Positions 1-14,940 of a stretch of 64,000 nt of DNA are shown in pieces. The position numbers and the translations under genes are program-made. Source of the stretch: Camelus ferus (lineage: Eukaryota); assembly GCF_009834535.1 (NCBI RefSeq), contig NC_045697.1, positions 52,144,001 through 52,208,000 of the forward strand, in the 5' to 3' direction. The notes beneath the pieces are model-generated. The model made no database searches and was not told the origin of the DNA. It was given only the letters and a program-made list of their open reading frames with translations. The stretch's first letter is position 1, and each line of letters opens with the position of its first letter.

Positions 1-666
1 ACACAGGGATTGCAAGGGAATCTGCAGGGCTCAATCACTGGGAATCTGACTGTGACAGGGAAGAGTGAAGGACTTGAAACAACCAGCACAGGAAGATTGG
101 CAGAGTTCGTATCTGCAGTGCCCAAGTAGTAGTCCCAACCAGAAGCTTTGCTCATCTGTAGAACCAAGTCAGGGTGCACTCTGACCAAGAATTCAACAGG
201 GTACAGATCTGCCTGATTTGGATTCTCAACAAGTTTTGCTGGCCCTAGGGCATGGAGTATCATGCCTAGGCAAGGAGCTGAATCACAGCCCCACCAACTG
301 CAAAGAATGTCTTCTGGCCCTGTCTGACCAGAAGGGCTGGAAGAAAACTCCAGCAGCACTCAAGCTGAGAAGTGGACAGGCAGAGCCAATAAGCAGCTTG
401 AGCGAAACAAGGAAGAGCTTTATCAGCTTTAGCGCTGCTTCTCCTGTTACACTTGCACAGGAAATTGAATTCGTAGCCCTGCTCATTGCTGAATACAGCC
501 TTCTGCCTTTCTGGCCAAAGAAAGCACACAAGAGCAAACAAGAAGATGCACAGTCCACTCATGAGCTCTATGTACAGTAAAATTTGAACACAGAGCATAG
601 AGAATGGCTTCTCCCACCTGCAGAGAAAAACCTGTGGTCTCACCTGACTAGGGAATTCAGTGCACA

Positions 667-2298
667 CCTCCTGATTTAAAACTGTATGATAAAGCTATGG
701 TTATCAAAACAGTATGATACAGGCATAAAAATAAACAAACAGACCAATGGAACAGAAGAGAGACCAGAAATCAACTCAAGCATATACAATCAACTAATAC
801 TTGTCAAGGGAACAAAGAATACTCAATAGAGAAAAGATACTTTCTTCAATAGATGGCACTGGGATAATTGGATAATCACATGTAAAAGAATAAAACTGAA
901 CCGACCCATATCTTACACTACTCACAAAAATTAACTCAAAATGGATTAAAGAGTTAAATGTTAGACCTGATATCATGAAACTCCTAGAAGAAAACTTAGG
1001 AGTAAAACTCCTTGATATGGGCCTTGGTAATGAATTTTTGGATATAGCTAAAGTACAAGCAACAAAATCAGAAACAAATGGGACTACATAAAACTAAAAA
1101 GCTCTGCAAAGCAAAAGAAACTATCAATGAAGTGAAAAGACAACCTGCAGAATGGGAAAAAAATATTTGCAAACCATGTATCTGATAAGGGTTTAATATT
1201 CAAAATATATAAAGAACTCATACAACTCAATAGAAAACAGATTAATAACTCAGTTTAAAAAATAAGCAAAGGACCTAAAAAGACATTTCTTCAAAGAGAT
1301 ATCTAAAAGGTCAACAGTTAAATGAAAAGATGCTCAGCATCACTAGTCATTAAGGAAATGCAAATTAAAAGCACAATAAGGCATCATCTTATGCCTACTA
1401 GAATGGCCATCATCGAAAAACAAGGAATAACAAATGCTGGCATGGATGTTGAAAGAAGAGAACACTTGTGTACTGTTGATGGGATTGTAAGTTGGTACAA
1501 CCATTATGGGAAACAGTATAGAGGTTCCTCAAAAAGTTAAAAATAGAACTACTATATGATCTTGAAGTTCCATTTCTGGGAATATATCCAAGAGAAATAA
1601 AAACATTAACTTGAAGAGGTATCTACACCCTCCATGTTCCAGGAGTATTATTTATAATAGCCAACACATGGTAACAACCTACATATCCATCAATGAATAA
1701 ATGAGGAAAGAAGTTGTGATACACAAACACACACACACACACACACACAACACACACACTGGAGTATTATTCAGCCATGAACCATGGGGAAAGCCTACCA
1801 TTTGCAACAACGTGGATGGACACTGAAAGCATTACGCTAAGTAAGTTAAGTCAGACAAAGACAAATACTGTATGACCTCACTTATATGTGGAATCTAACA
1901 AAACAAAAACAAAACAAACTCATAGAGAAAGTGATCAGACTAATGATCAGAGGCAGAGAATGAGCGGAGATGGAATTGGAAGAAGCTGGTCAAAAGGTAC
2001 AAACTTCCAGTTTTAAGTACTAGGAATGTAACATACAACATGATGACTATAGCTAACACTGCTCTCTGACATACAGGAATACTGTTAGAGTAAATCCTGA
2101 GTTCTCATCACAAGGAGAATTTTATTTTCCTTTTTTCTTTCTTTTCATTTTATTTTTATCTCTTTGAGAAGATAAACATTAACTGAATGTACTGTGTTAG
2201 TTATTTCACAATATACATAAATCAAACCATCTTGCTACATGCCTTAAATTTCTACAATGAAGTTTATCAATTACTTCTCAGTAAAACTGGAGAAAAAA
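667..2298 (+). mobile_element. LINE-1 (L1MA-like): degenerate ORF2 3' part and 3' UTR, with a (CA)n at ~1720-1759
   Basis: ORF2-like translation MKRCSASLVIKEMQIKSTIRHHLMP; typical L1 3' UTR ending in an A-rich tail. Confidence 0.9.
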
Positions 2299-2319
2299 AC
2301 CTAAGGAGTCTTTGGTTAG

Positions 2320-2920
2320 GATAGTTTTAATGGAAATGGTAAGATTGTGTCCAGATACCAGATACGATTCTGGACATATGTAAATAGTAGAGCTGACAGA
2401 ATTTCCTCATGGGTTACATGTAGGGTACGAGAAAAACAGAGGAAGGGCAAAAATGACAAATGGAGTTGCCACATACTGAAATGGGAACTACTGAAAGGAA
2501 GGGCAAGACTAGAGCAGGGATGAGGTCCTGTCAAATTTGACAAGTCTTTGGGACATCCAAGTGAGATGTCAACAGGCAGTTAGATAAAGCAAATCTGCCA
2601 TTCAGAGAAGTGGTTGGTGCTGAAGCCATGGAACTGGGTGAGGTCACCTGGGGAGTACAGATAAACTGACTAGGAGGAAGGAGCAGGTCTAGTACATAGC
2701 TCCAAAGCACTTCAACTTTTAAAAGTCAGGAAGATGAAAATCCTGCCCCACCCCCCACCAAGGAGATGAAGAAGAAATGGCCAGCACAATAGGAAGGCAA
2801 GGAAGAGAATGTGTCCTGAAGTTAAGAATCTGTCTCAAGGAGAAGAGTGATGTCTCAAGGAGAAGAGAGAAATAAAATGTGCCCAGCGCTGCTGACAGAT
2901 CAGGAAAGGACAGTAACTGA
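2320..2920 (-). mobile_element. LINE-2 fragment (continues at ~3610-3775)
   Basis: Purine-rich L2-like motifs (gtagagctgacaga, ggacatccaagtgagatgtc, gaagccatggaactgggtgag). Confidence 0.6.
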
Positions 2921-3784
2921 CCTTATTCTGCCACTTAAAGCTTATCAGTGACTGTAAATACAAATCACTATAGTATGTACTTTTCAATCCAATTTTGTAA
3001 AATTATTTTACCATTTATCCTTCAATATTATATTTAAATATTCGTAGGCCTGCTTTTTTCTTTAGTTCAAACTATGTTAATTTCAGTGCTTACCCTTGAA
3101 ACTGAGTCTTCGCAAATAATGGCGAAAAGAATCTTAATGATGAATGTTCTTTCTCTAGAAGCAACAGGAAAGCAGATGGTATTCTGTATCATAAAACCAC
3201 CTAAGATAAGGTAGTAACTTGAAAACATCTGCAAAAGGGTTCATCTTACTTTCCTGTCCTATGTGTAGTCTTGTATGAATGTATGATTCTCTTCTATTTA
3301 TCCAATTATAAAAATGTCCTTAAAGTATTATTTACAAAACTATATTAAAAGTGTGCCAACATATTGCTGAAGAGATTATTTCTAATGTTCTGAGAAATAG
3401 TACCTGTAAAACCTAAAAGTTTTTGGGTTTTGGTTAATTTTTTATCATGGTAATGATATTAAAATATTTCTATTTTCTAAAAGCTTAAACAAAAATGGGG
3501 CATTCTAAGCCAAAAGAGCTGTAGATTTCCTTCTCCTTTATTGATAAAGATGTCATACATCTCATGACTCTGCTAAATTCCTTCAAAGAGTCTTGTCTCC
3601 TTTAAAATAGTAATGTCCTTGACCAGAACCTTTAGGTGAAGGGGCAGAGATAAAGGCCTGATTGGAGTAGACACACAAGAGAATGGGAAGAAAGGAATCC
3701 GACAGTAATAAAGGCAACTCATTCAAGGAGTTTTGGTGAAGAGAGAGCAGAGAAATGGAGCATTTGCTGAAAGAGGATGTGGGT

Positions 3785-3907
3785 AGAGCAGTGTAGGAGA
3801 GTTCCCTTATCTCCACACCCTCTCCAGCAATTATTTGTAGATTTTTTTGATGATGTCCATTCTGACTGGTGTGAGGTGATACCTCATTATAGTTTTGATT
3901 TTCATTG
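3785..3907 (-). mobile_element. Short LINE-1 ORF2 fragment
   Basis: Reverse-strand ccacaccctctccagca...tctgactggtgtgaggtgatacctcatt, homologous to 12455-12560. Confidence 0.85.
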
Positions 3908-6900
3908 CCACAGTCTTGAACAAAGTCTTCTCTACCTGTTTAATTCCATCTGGTGTAATTTCTCATTAACATTACTCATTAATGAACATACTCTATTACA
4001 ATAGCTTGAATAAAACTATCTCCTTAACTGTCCAGTATGTTTGTCTTTTACAACTTCAGGATTATGGAAAGAAATTATTATTGTGTAGAACTGTAGGTAT
4101 AGATTTAGAAAAGTACAGAAAATGGAAGCAAATAAGCATTTATGCAAAGATAAATCTTAAAAGTGGCTAAACAAATCCACAGCATTGTTTCTTTCTCTTC
4201 ATATCTGCTCCTTCAACCTGAAACTGAGTACTTTAATTCTGTTGGGCTTTTAGACACCCCTCTATAATGAAGTCTTGCTGGACTTCAATCAACCCCTAGT
4301 ACTCTGGATAAGTAGTAAAAGTAGAAACCTTTCCTCCAAATAGTTTGAATGACAAAATGTGGGACAGATGCTAAAAATTTTTAATAGCTCCATTTGCTAG
4401 ATCACATTTCCTGCTCTTGTGTAAGACACCCTCTTCAATTATTTATAATGCCTCTTTACAGACAGAAGATAAGGAAGTCTTCCATGAAATGTGCAAAATA
4501 AATGCAATCAAATTAAATACTTTTTCTTCTTGTAGAGAAACAAAATAAAGAGTGCTGTTAACACCTAAATGAATTAAATTGGCTTCCTCTTAGCATAACA
4601 ACTAACATGAAAACTGTCCTATGTACAATGGGTTGGAAGGTTAAGAGTTTCCCTCATTAGCATTTTAATAACTTAATGGTCAATGAAATGACTGTTGGCC
4701 ATCTTCCATCATCTTTATATTCACTTGAAAGACACTTGAGAAAAAATAACTTAACACTGCCTTTTTAGGCATTTGTAACGTTTGCCATTAGACTAGAAAC
4801 TAGTAACTACATCCTATAGCAATTAACAGGATAGAAAATGAATCAGTTTTATGCTAGTTTAATCAGATTAACAGTTGACAATATTGACAATTCAACATCA
4901 ACTTTCTAATTAGCTGTCCTTGTTTCAAGTTTTTAATTTCCCTTTTGCTAATTTCTCTTCTGCTATTCCAACATTTCTTATCTAGGCAAAAAGCTAACCC
5001 TCAGAAGACACAGGGACTCTCTTAAAATCCAACTCTCTGAACTCAGACTATTGTTTCCTAAATTTTAATATTTACGAAGATCTTATTTCATGTGCCATAT
5101 TTTTTGACTCATCTACCTTATGTTATAAAAGTTTATTCAGAGGGCCATGTATTTTTTTAAAATGACCTAGATATGCTAAAGTCCTCTACCCACCCAAAAT
5201 CAAAAGACTAGTTTGGCTGAAAATCAGTAAGCAAAGGAAGGAAAACTACAGTGTGACTACATACTGGGGACCATACACTGATGATATACACTGGAGATAC
5301 AAACTGAGTCCAGACCACCATTGGAACAGGAAAGCAATGGAAGTCCCTGAAGGATCAGGAAACAGAATGCAATGTACTTTCTAAAAATTCTCTCTGGTTG
5401 TCCTATGGGAAATGGAAAGAAGGCAGGCAAGAGTATATAGGGAAGTCATTAGGAGACTGTCATGTAATCAAAGAAATGACTGGGCCTGGATTAAAGTGAT
5501 GACAAAAGATATAAAGGGGAGTGAATGGATTAGAGATGGGCAAGTTTGCCTCTGATCGCCAATTTTGTCTTCTGGAAGGTTGGATTATTAATACACTCTT
5601 CCTCATAATACTTCTGTTAGGATTAAATGAGGTAATAATGTGTGTAAAATGTTCAGAAGCATCCTTGGCCCAGAGAAAGAGCTTAATAAAGGTTATCTAT
5701 TGCCATCATTATAATAATAATCGTCTTAGAAGTAGACATGACAGGACTTGTCGATAGCTTTTTAAAAAAATGTGATCTACTATGTGATGGGCACCGTTAT
5801 CATCAGAACTTGTGCCAACTTGATCGATTAGCTAGAGTCTAGTGGAATCAGGCCCATACGTTTTCCTATCTATGCCATAGCTTCAAGGTGTATATTCAGC
5901 TTTTTATTAACATGTTTATATTTTTTCAACTATAGCAGGTATGAAATTTATTCTTCAGCTCTCTGAGACGAAGAGATGATTATATTTTGTTTCTCTAGAT
6001 CTAATGAAATCTGTTCTAAATCTCCACAGTCTTGACCAGCAAAAAATTCAATCTCATTGTAATTTGGAGGGGCCCTTCTCTAAAGTGAGGCAAGAACTCC
6101 AGGGTCTTACTTATTCTAAAACATTCAACAAGAACCTTTCATGAGGCCACACTTGAAAAGCTCTGTGGTCACTATGAAGGAAACACTGCTGTTTTGCTGG
6201 ACATCTTGAGTACCACAATCTCTGCCAAACAGGGAAGTCAGATCCATAGATCCACTGTAAGCAGCTCTTGGTCTCATCTGAAGTTCTGCTACCTCCCTGG
6301 GGCATTGCCTAGAAACCAACGGCTGAATCCCACAAGCGTCCCAAATAATCTGAGAATCTTTCTCAGTTTTTGATATTTCTACCTCCTCTGTTATAAGTAC
6401 CACAATCTATTTCCTCCCCCTTCTCTTCCTCATTGTTCAAAAGACATTACTATTCTGTTTTACTTACATTTAACTTATATGTAAAAAGAACCACCAATTT
6501 CTAAGTGTCCAAGAACTCAGGACAATATTGTGCGGGCAGGAAATGGGGTCTTCCTGGCCATTCACCATGTGACAAATGGCTTCATCTATGAACTTATAGC
6601 CTTGCTAAGAAGTGTGCTGGAGCTGGCAAGCTTTAGGTCCTTATACTCCCAGGAGATCATTTATGCAGGCTTACCAAAGAGAGGAGGAAAGTACATGAGG
6701 TAGTCTCCAGTCTTTCTATCTTGCATTGTATCATGGGAATATCTCCCCATTTGCTCCCTTGTCAAATATTCTCAAACAAATGAAGCCCACTCGGCAGTGT
6801 TCCAGAGAAGAAAACGAAAAGATGTAACAAGTCATTTCTGCCAACATGGTTATAAATCATGAAAACTGGTCACGTTTTGTTGAGAAGCACTATCCAGGCC

Positions 6901-8364
6901 ACATCCACAAAGTTTGATGAAATACGTACATTACTTCTATTATTTTGTCCTAAGACTGGGAAAGGGGGTTAGGAATTTCCATTCTTGTTGAAACCATTAA
7001 AACAATTTAAACAAAGAGGACAACAGAGCCCTGAGAACCCAATGGAAATAATCTTGGATGATTATTTAATGCTATCTTAAATGGAAAATAAAAATACTGT
7101 TACAAACCCATCTGACAGATGACTTAGCATTTTGAACTTACTAAAAAGGTAATCTGTGTCTTAGGAAAACAACAAGCAGAAGGGAGTCTCCTCCGATATT
7201 TGGCCAAGGGTTCTCCTAAAACATACGTCTTTTTCAAACCCCCTAAACCAGTTAACTCAGAGACTTTTAACAGTTCTTAACAGGACCTTCTCTCTTCCTC
7301 ACCTCCTGCTGACTCAGACCTCAACAGCAGTTTGGCCTCTGCCCCAGTATTTCACGGGGCCAGTTCTCACAAAGGTAGGTAGTTTAATTCTCCTTAATGG
7401 GCATGAAGCACAAGGCTCTTTCTCTGGGGAGCAAGAGAAAAGGTAAAAGAATAGCTCAGACCTTCACTCAATTCTGTCAACAACCTAAATGCCTACTGAC
7501 AGGAGAATGGATAAATAAAATATGGCATATCCATGTAAATAGTTACATAGCTATAAAAATGAATGAAGTAGAGTAACTAGTATCAACCCAAGAATCCCCA
7601 AATCATTGTTTTTGCAGAAACAAAAGGCACATTGCAAAAAGTAGCCTACAGTGTTGATAGTATGTAAGTACAGAAACATACAAAATGATATTGTTCAGTA
7701 ATCATTCCAAATAGAAATACTAACATTGATTGGAGTGAAAAAATGTAAAATAAAAAAGTGATTATGCTAGTTACCTCAAAGGTAGGAGAATGAAGCACTT
7801 CTCTCTGATCACAACTTTTTACGTGACATGGATTTTAATTAGGTAATTCTCTGTACCTCCCAATATGTTTGGAATAACTCATAATAGAGTTTAGACCAAA
7901 TTTAGACCCTTCTTTCATAAAAGTAAGGAAGGGATGAAAAAAGGAGATATTAGTGCTATTGTGGCCTTTCTTCATATTGCTCCTTGTTTCACTTATGGTT
8001 AAACCAAAACTAGCCAGAATGGGCTAGGTTATGTCTCACCAACGAACCCCAAAATGTTTGTGGTACAACTAAGCAAAAGTTCAATTTTCACTTTTACAGA
8101 GCAGCTAGCTTCTTTACAGTGGCTCCACATTCCAGATGGCTACATACCAACACAAGTTTGTACAATGACCACAACTAAGAAAAAGCAGGAGTAATTAATT
8201 GCACAAAGGATCTCAAGTGCCCCCCAGCATGGCCAGATACATCACATAATCATTCCTTACTTTAAGGGGCCATGTCTCAGCCTGCATTATCCCGCTCCCT
8301 CCCCCAACAACAACAAAAAAAGCAGAACCTGAGTTAAGTGAATGTCTAAGTCACTGATTTTATA

Positions 8365-10670
8365 AATTAATCTTAGAAACAGGAGGAGACTGGGAAGAAT
8401 TCAGAGGAGGGAAAGGCAGTTCTGGGGTTTGTTAGCAAGCCGATTGTGAGGCTCAGCCATGCTGGGAAGCCTCTCAAGAGCCCTATAAAATGTCCCAGAA
8501 TTGCTTATCTGAGTGATTTTTTAAGTGTTTATCCATCTGCTTCCAATTTTATTAGCCAAGAACTGCCCCATGGTAATAACTCTCTCACTCCTCCTGTATG
8601 CTTTGGAATGGCTGAACTGGTTCTTGCCAGTGTTCTACACTGGTTTGTAGAAAAACACAAGGGCAAAAAGCAAGAGACAGGCAATCCAGCTGAGGCAAGT
8701 GGCTGTCAGATTACACCTCTAAGCAGTGGATTGCCACAGCAATAGTTGGAATGGGAAGGTGGGCTGAAGACTGGAGACTGGGAAGCAGAGCATGGGCGTC
8801 ATCCAGTACAGCTCACCACTGGTAGCGCTCAGACCTACTTGTGTTCACATCAAATCCAACAGGTCACAGAGAAACAAGCTATAGTGCCCACTGCTGCAGC
8901 TCATCCCAAGGCTATCACGGTGTTCATTATTTCTCTCCTCCATCATGCATTTGAGATTTCCCTAATCCTTGGGCAATAACTCAGTAGCTCCAGATTTCTT
9001 GCTTAGTGAGAAATCCATGAGGTGAGAAGTCAAAGCCTTGAGTCATTTTACTGTGGTTTAATCATGGTTGCTGCAGTTACCTGTCTACAGTCATGACTGG
9101 ACATACAAGCAGCAAGATGGTCTCCTGGATTCCAGATATACTCCTTGCCCCCACTGTTGACATCTCTGTCACAGGTAATTGGGATCAGTCATTCCCATCT
9201 GTACAGTAACTCTTGTATTTGTTTGATGGTTCAACGGCATTAGGAGTTGAATGATAAGGTAGTAATGGAGACTCAGGCCATTTGAATCCTTACCTCTGGT
9301 AGAAGTATTTCCCTGCTAGGATGCAGGACCTCTATTCCTGTGGAGCCAAGGAAAAAGCAACACAAATTCCAAAAGAGGGTCACTTGGGGCAATGGTAAGA
9401 TGGGCCAATCCTCCCTGTAATCTTTGGTTCCCATTCCCATATGTTCTAGTTATTGAGGACACAGCACCATGTATCACAAAAGGTAAACCACTGTTTCAAT
9501 GCATATACTGCATTCTGAAGGACAGGCCCCCAAACCAGTGCTGTGCTGGTAAGCTGGCTTCTTTTCAAAGTCATCTCTTGCTCTGGTCCCATTCAAACAT
9601 AGTCAACTTTTGAGTCACTAATAAATGAGTCAGAGAAGTATTCCCAAAAGCCACTTCTAAAACCCAAAAGAAGATTACCAAATGCAGAGTCTCATTTTTC
9701 CAGAATATCTATACACTTTACCTGTATGACAGGCCCTGAATCTTCCTGGAGTTTCTCTCTCACCCTCTACAACCCACGTGTCCTGAGACATCAGAGTACA
9801 TCCTAGTTCCTATTCAACATGCCCAGTTAGCCATATGTCAAGCATACAGTGTGCCAGGATGACATTCTGCAGGAAGTCAAGAAATCCATGGTCTTCAGAC
9901 TATAATGTTACAAAGAACAGGAGAGTTAACATAACCACGGGACAAGACAGTGCCTGTGTGTGGTGATTACAGGAAATACGGTTGTCAATACTGCCATGAA
10001 GGCTTTCTGAATTTCACAGCACGGTCTGAATTGGTAAGTGGCAAAATTGAGCCTGTTGTTTTCTTTTTTCAAAGTTTCTAAAGCAGCTAACAAAATGAGA
10101 CAACTCCACAATTATTGGCACAATATTACTCAATGCTGTTACTCTGCAAGCCAAAGGCTTACTATCTTCTGTACTTCTGAACCCCTCACAGAAATTTTAA
10201 TTATACTGATGCTACTGCATGCCAAGGGTTATAGCACCCACCACCAGCAATGGGGTGTGATCACTGTGACCAGTGAATCGCCATTTCTAGAATCCTATCT
10301 TGATGTCTGCTAGAAAAATAATACTAGCGCTACTTAATGTACCAACTATCCTAGCCTGGGTTTCCCCTATAAGCAGAGACTGAGACAGAGCTTGCATACA
10401 AGCATTTTATTTAGGCATGCATGTTCCCACACTCTAGAATGGTTCCTCAGAGGAATCATTTAGAATGTCAAAATTCTCTGCCTATGGATGGAAAAGAGTA
10501 GCATTACCTACCAATTTCTATCCCCACAGTCTAGACTTATTTCATAGAGTGGTAACTCTCATCCTTCCAGCTTTGAACATTCATCAGAATGACAGAGGTC
10601 TCACAGATACCCCATGCAGATGTGGCAGAGAAACCCTGAGGCAGAAAAATGGCCAGTTATGGTAAAACTA
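8365..10670 (-). mobile_element. Degenerate ERVL/MaLR-class LTR element (internal pol 3' remnant with LTR-like flanks)
   Basis: The reverse complement of 9070-9420 resembles the ERVL pol 3' region (accattgccccaagtgaccct...atctggaatccaggagacc). 10345-10420 has an LTR-like gggttcccc...agcagagactgagaca motif. No intact ORF; boundaries approximate. Confidence 0.6.
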
Positions 10671-10699
10671 CATCCATTAAGAATTAAAAACAGAAAAAA

Positions 10700-11012
10700 A
10701 GAAAAAAAGAGGACACTAAAGAACTCATCTACCAAACAAACAGACTCACATAGTAAATGATCTTATGGTTACCAGGGGGAGGGGGTAGGAAGGGATAAGT
10801 TTGGGAGTTTGAGATGTACAAATGTTAACCACTATATATAAAAATAGATTAAAAACAAATTTCTTCTGTATAGCACAGAGAACTATATTCAATATCTTGT
10901 AACAACTTTTAATGAAAAAGAATATGAAAACAAATATATGTATATATACGTGACTGGGACATTATGATGTACACCAGAAATTGACACACTGTGACTGTAC
11001 TTCGATAAAAAA
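10700..11012 (+). mobile_element. Young 5'-truncated L1 3' end
   Basis: cagactcaca...cttatggttacc...tatagcacagagaactatattcaatatcttgta...gtacaccagaaattgacac; the same family recurs many times in this window. Confidence 0.85.
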
Positions 11013-12293
11013 GGATGTTTAAGTCCTAAGCCAATGCCCCCAAAATCAGTATTGCAAACTTCTAATTTTATAGCTCCCATCTTTTTCAAGTATGCAGAGC
11101 TGCTTTCACTATCAAAAATTTTTTATCAACATCTTTCACCCATGTACTACTCTTAATTTAGTTCTTTTAAATGAAATTGTACTTTAATAACTAGAAGAGG
11201 ACTGAATATAACTGAAAAATAGTACCATGGAAAATATATGTTCTTGCTGATAGTAGAGCACTGGTTTAGAGGTGGCTCTGGATCAAAATGCTTGATTTTA
11301 AATTCAGATTCTACCTACTAGAAAACTCTCAGGCTCAGTTTTATCTATAAAAAAGTGATGATATATATTTCATGTGTTGTCATAAAGATTAAATGAGGAA
11401 ATTCAAATGTCTAGCATCGTGCATAGCAAATGCCAAGCTCACTCCTTGTTAATGTTTTTAGTAGTATGCCTGTGGTCTGACTATTTGTAACAACATTAAT
11501 CCCTTTCCTCCAAAAAGGTTGGGGAAAGCCACTTATTAATCTAGCCAGTCCAGGTTGTTGAGCAAACACTTAGACCACAATAGCTACAGCGTAGAAATCG
11601 AGATAATACTAATAAGTACCTACATAGTCTTGGAAATTTTTTTTTTAGCTAGTTCACTAAGTATTTTATTTAAATGCCAATAGATTTTATTGTAATTTGA
11701 CAACCTTGGAGTAAATTTAAGAGTGACCTAAAACATGAATTGATAATTAGAAGAAAAATTCTCCTTGAAAATAATCCTCACCACTTTTCCAACGTTACTA
11801 TAAAACAGTAACCTTCTCAGTAAAACTTCCAGATTCCTTATTTGTAAAATTTATAATGTTCTGCCTACCAATACATACATAAGGACAACCACCATCCTTT
11901 TTGTTTTGATAAACTTGTAATAGTTAAATTCTTAAGCATTTGTACACATCTTAGGCAATATATCACAAAGGCAATACAAAAGGTAAGAGAAAAAAGGTAA
12001 TAAAGGAAAATGGTGATCATTTTCTTTTTCTTACTGTTAGCAATCTGCCCAAAGGAAAAGAGGAGTTGGTTTATCTAACATTTATATACTTTTCTTGTGG
12101 TTGTTCCCTGCTGTTCTATATGCTGTAAAATCCATACGTGCTTTATTTTATTTAATTGCCTGTAGCTGTTCTACTTTTTACTTTTGTAATTAAGTTAAAA
12201 TATTTTTTATTGATTAGAAGGGGTAGAAATGAATACAGCATAATCACAAGTCTAATTCTCCTTGGTACTCAGTGACTTGAAAAACATAATGGT

Positions 12294-13310
12294 CATACAA
12301 CTCAATAACCAAAAAAAAAAAGAAAGAAAGAAAGAAAACAGCCCAATCAAAAAATAGGCGAAAGATGTAAGCAATTATTTCCCCTGTGAAGACATACAAG
12401 TGGCAATAGGCACATGAAAAAGATGGTCAGTATTACTAATTATCAGAGAAATGCAAATCAAAATGAGGTATCACCTCACACCAGTCGGAATGGCCATCAT
12501 GCAAGTCTACAAAAGATGAATGCTGGAGAGGGTGTGGAGAAAAGGGAACCCTCCTACACTGCTTGTGGGAATGCAGTTTGATGCAGCCATTATGGAAAAC
12601 AGTATGGAGATTCCTCAAAAGACTGAAAATAGACTTACCCTATGATCCAGCAATCCCACTCCTGGGCATATATCTAGAGGAAACTCTAATTCAAAAAGAT
12701 ATATGCACCCCAATGTTCATAGCAGAACTATTTACAATAGCCAAGGCATGGAAACAACCTAAATGTCCATTGACAGATGACTCGATAAAGAAGTTGTGGT
12801 ATATTTATACAACAGAATACCAGTCAGCCATAAAAAAAATAATAAAATAATACCATTTGCAGTAACATGGATGGACCTGGAGACTGTCATTCTAAGTGAA
12901 GCCAGAAAGAGAAAGAAAAATAACTTACAATATACTTACATGTGAAATCTAAAAAAATGACACAGATGAACCAATTTACAAAACAGGAACAGACTCACAG
13001 ACATAGAAAATAAACTTATGGTTATCAGAGGTGGAAGGAGGGGTGGAGGGATAAACTGAGAGTTCAGGATTTGCAGATAATACTATATTAAGAAATATAT
13101 AAACAGCAAGGTCCTACTCTACAGCACAGGGAACTATATCCAGTTTCTTATAATAGCCTATAATGAAAAAAAATATGAAAAAGAATATACATCTACGTAG
13201 AAGTGAATCACTATGCTGTACACCAGAAATTAACGCTACATTGTAAACTGACTATACTTCAACAGAAAAGGCACACTTGTCTTTAAAAAAAAAAAAAGAA
13301 AGAAAGAAAA
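12294..13310 (+). mobile_element. LINE-1 ORF2 C-terminus and 3' UTR (lineage-specific)
   Basis: ORF 12563..12850 ([36 protein letters not shown]) is the L1 ORF2 C-terminal region, followed by 3' UTR and an A-rich tail. Confidence 0.93.
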
Positions 13311-13879
13311 TGTTCTTGGGAAATTAATGATTATTTGCCAGTTTATTATATAAGGCTTCCTAAACTACTATAGCCTTGTTAGATGGAGCCATGGTAGAAG
13401 TTGTTTTCTCTAATTTTATCTCAAATTTTCCTTTTAAAATAAATGAAGTAACCTTGCTTAATAAGCCATTTATATTTGTAAGATTTTCTAACTCCTACAT
13501 TCTGTAAGATATATTTATATAATAGCGTCTTTTGTTTTAAATATATAGGAATCATTTGCAGATTTACATGAAAATCCAAGTAAAATTATAAATTGGTTTA
13601 TTCATCAAAACAGTGATTTATTTTACCCTGATTTCAATGAGCAAGAACAAATTATAGACTTCTATCTCAGTCTTTAATTTTAAACACTAGATATTTAAAT
13701 TCCTCCATGAAACTGATTATTGCTCAGGATTTACCATGTTGAGTTTCTGTGCTAGCTGTTGGGAATACCTAGATGAACAAGTTTTAGTGCAAATAAGAGC
13801 ACTAAGGGAGAGCAGAGCACAGAGAAGGAAGACTCAGACAGCCTAGAAATCCAGGTCTCTTTTACCATCCAGGGTAGCA

Positions 13880-14252
13880 CAGTCACCCCTCAATATCCTG
13901 GGGAGATTGGTTCCAAGACCCCCACAGATATCAAAATCCAAGGGTGTTCAAGTCCCCTCTATAAAATGCTGTAGTATTTGCATATAAGCTACAAATATCC
14001 TCCTGTATTACTTTAAATCATCTCTAGGTTACTTATGCTAGTTAATACAATGTAAATATTATGTAAATAGGTGAAAATACAGTGTAATGCTATGTAAACA
14101 GCTGTCAATACAACCTAAGTGCTATGGAAATAGTTGCTATGGAAGGCAAATTCAAGTTTTGCTTTTTGGAACTTTGAAATTTTTTGAATACTTTCAATCC
14201 AAGGTTGGTTGAATCTGAAGATACGGAACCTGCAGATATGGAGGGCCAACTG
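13880..14252. mobile_element. MER2-like TcMar-Tigger non-autonomous DNA transposon
   Basis: Imperfect terminal inverted repeats cagtcacccctcaatatcc / gatatggagggccaactg, and an internal gattggttccaagacccc motif. Confidence 0.8.
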
Positions 14253-14940
14253 TATACCATATGCCTACTCAAAATTCTTCCCAACACATCTTTCCCCAAA
14301 CTATGTGTCCCTTCCAGTATTTTCTATCCCAGAAAATGACATTAGTACTCTCTCACTTAAGCCAGAAACCTAAGGACTCACCACTGCCGTTCCCTCCCAA
14401 CATCTAATTAACGATCATCCCCTAATTCTGTCCTCAGGATAGAGTCTCTTCATCCCATTGCCAATACCGCATGCCAGGCCACTGCCATCCCTTGCTTGGG
14501 CTTCAAAGCAGCCTTCAAACTGGTCTCTCTGCATCTACTCTTATCCACCCCCCTCCATTTTCCACGCACACTCACCACTCAGCCCACTCATTGTTTTCAT
14601 CATCTGCCTTACTAGGTGGACTAGCAGGTCCATGAGGACCATGCAGGTCTGCATGCAGGTCTAGTACCAACAGCTTTAATGACAGCAGGCATGAAGTGCT
14701 ATCAATTAAATGTTAAATGAATAAGTGGAAGACTTCTCCTATTGCAAGATAAGAAAGCAAACACACAAAATAGTACAGGAGGGCTTCCAAGGAGAAGAGC
14801 GTAGACCTCTGGAGGCCCAGTAGCACAAGGTGAACCACAAGCTCATTGAACCACAAACAGTTCAGCTGTACTAAATCTTAATGTGCAGAGTCCCTTATAG
14901 AGGTAGGTAAGATTAAGTTACAAATGTTAAGCACAGGCTT

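Noticed and set aside
12563..12850. 95-aa ORF as a separate gene
   Set aside because: It is an L1 ORF2 C-terminal fragment in a 5'-truncated element.
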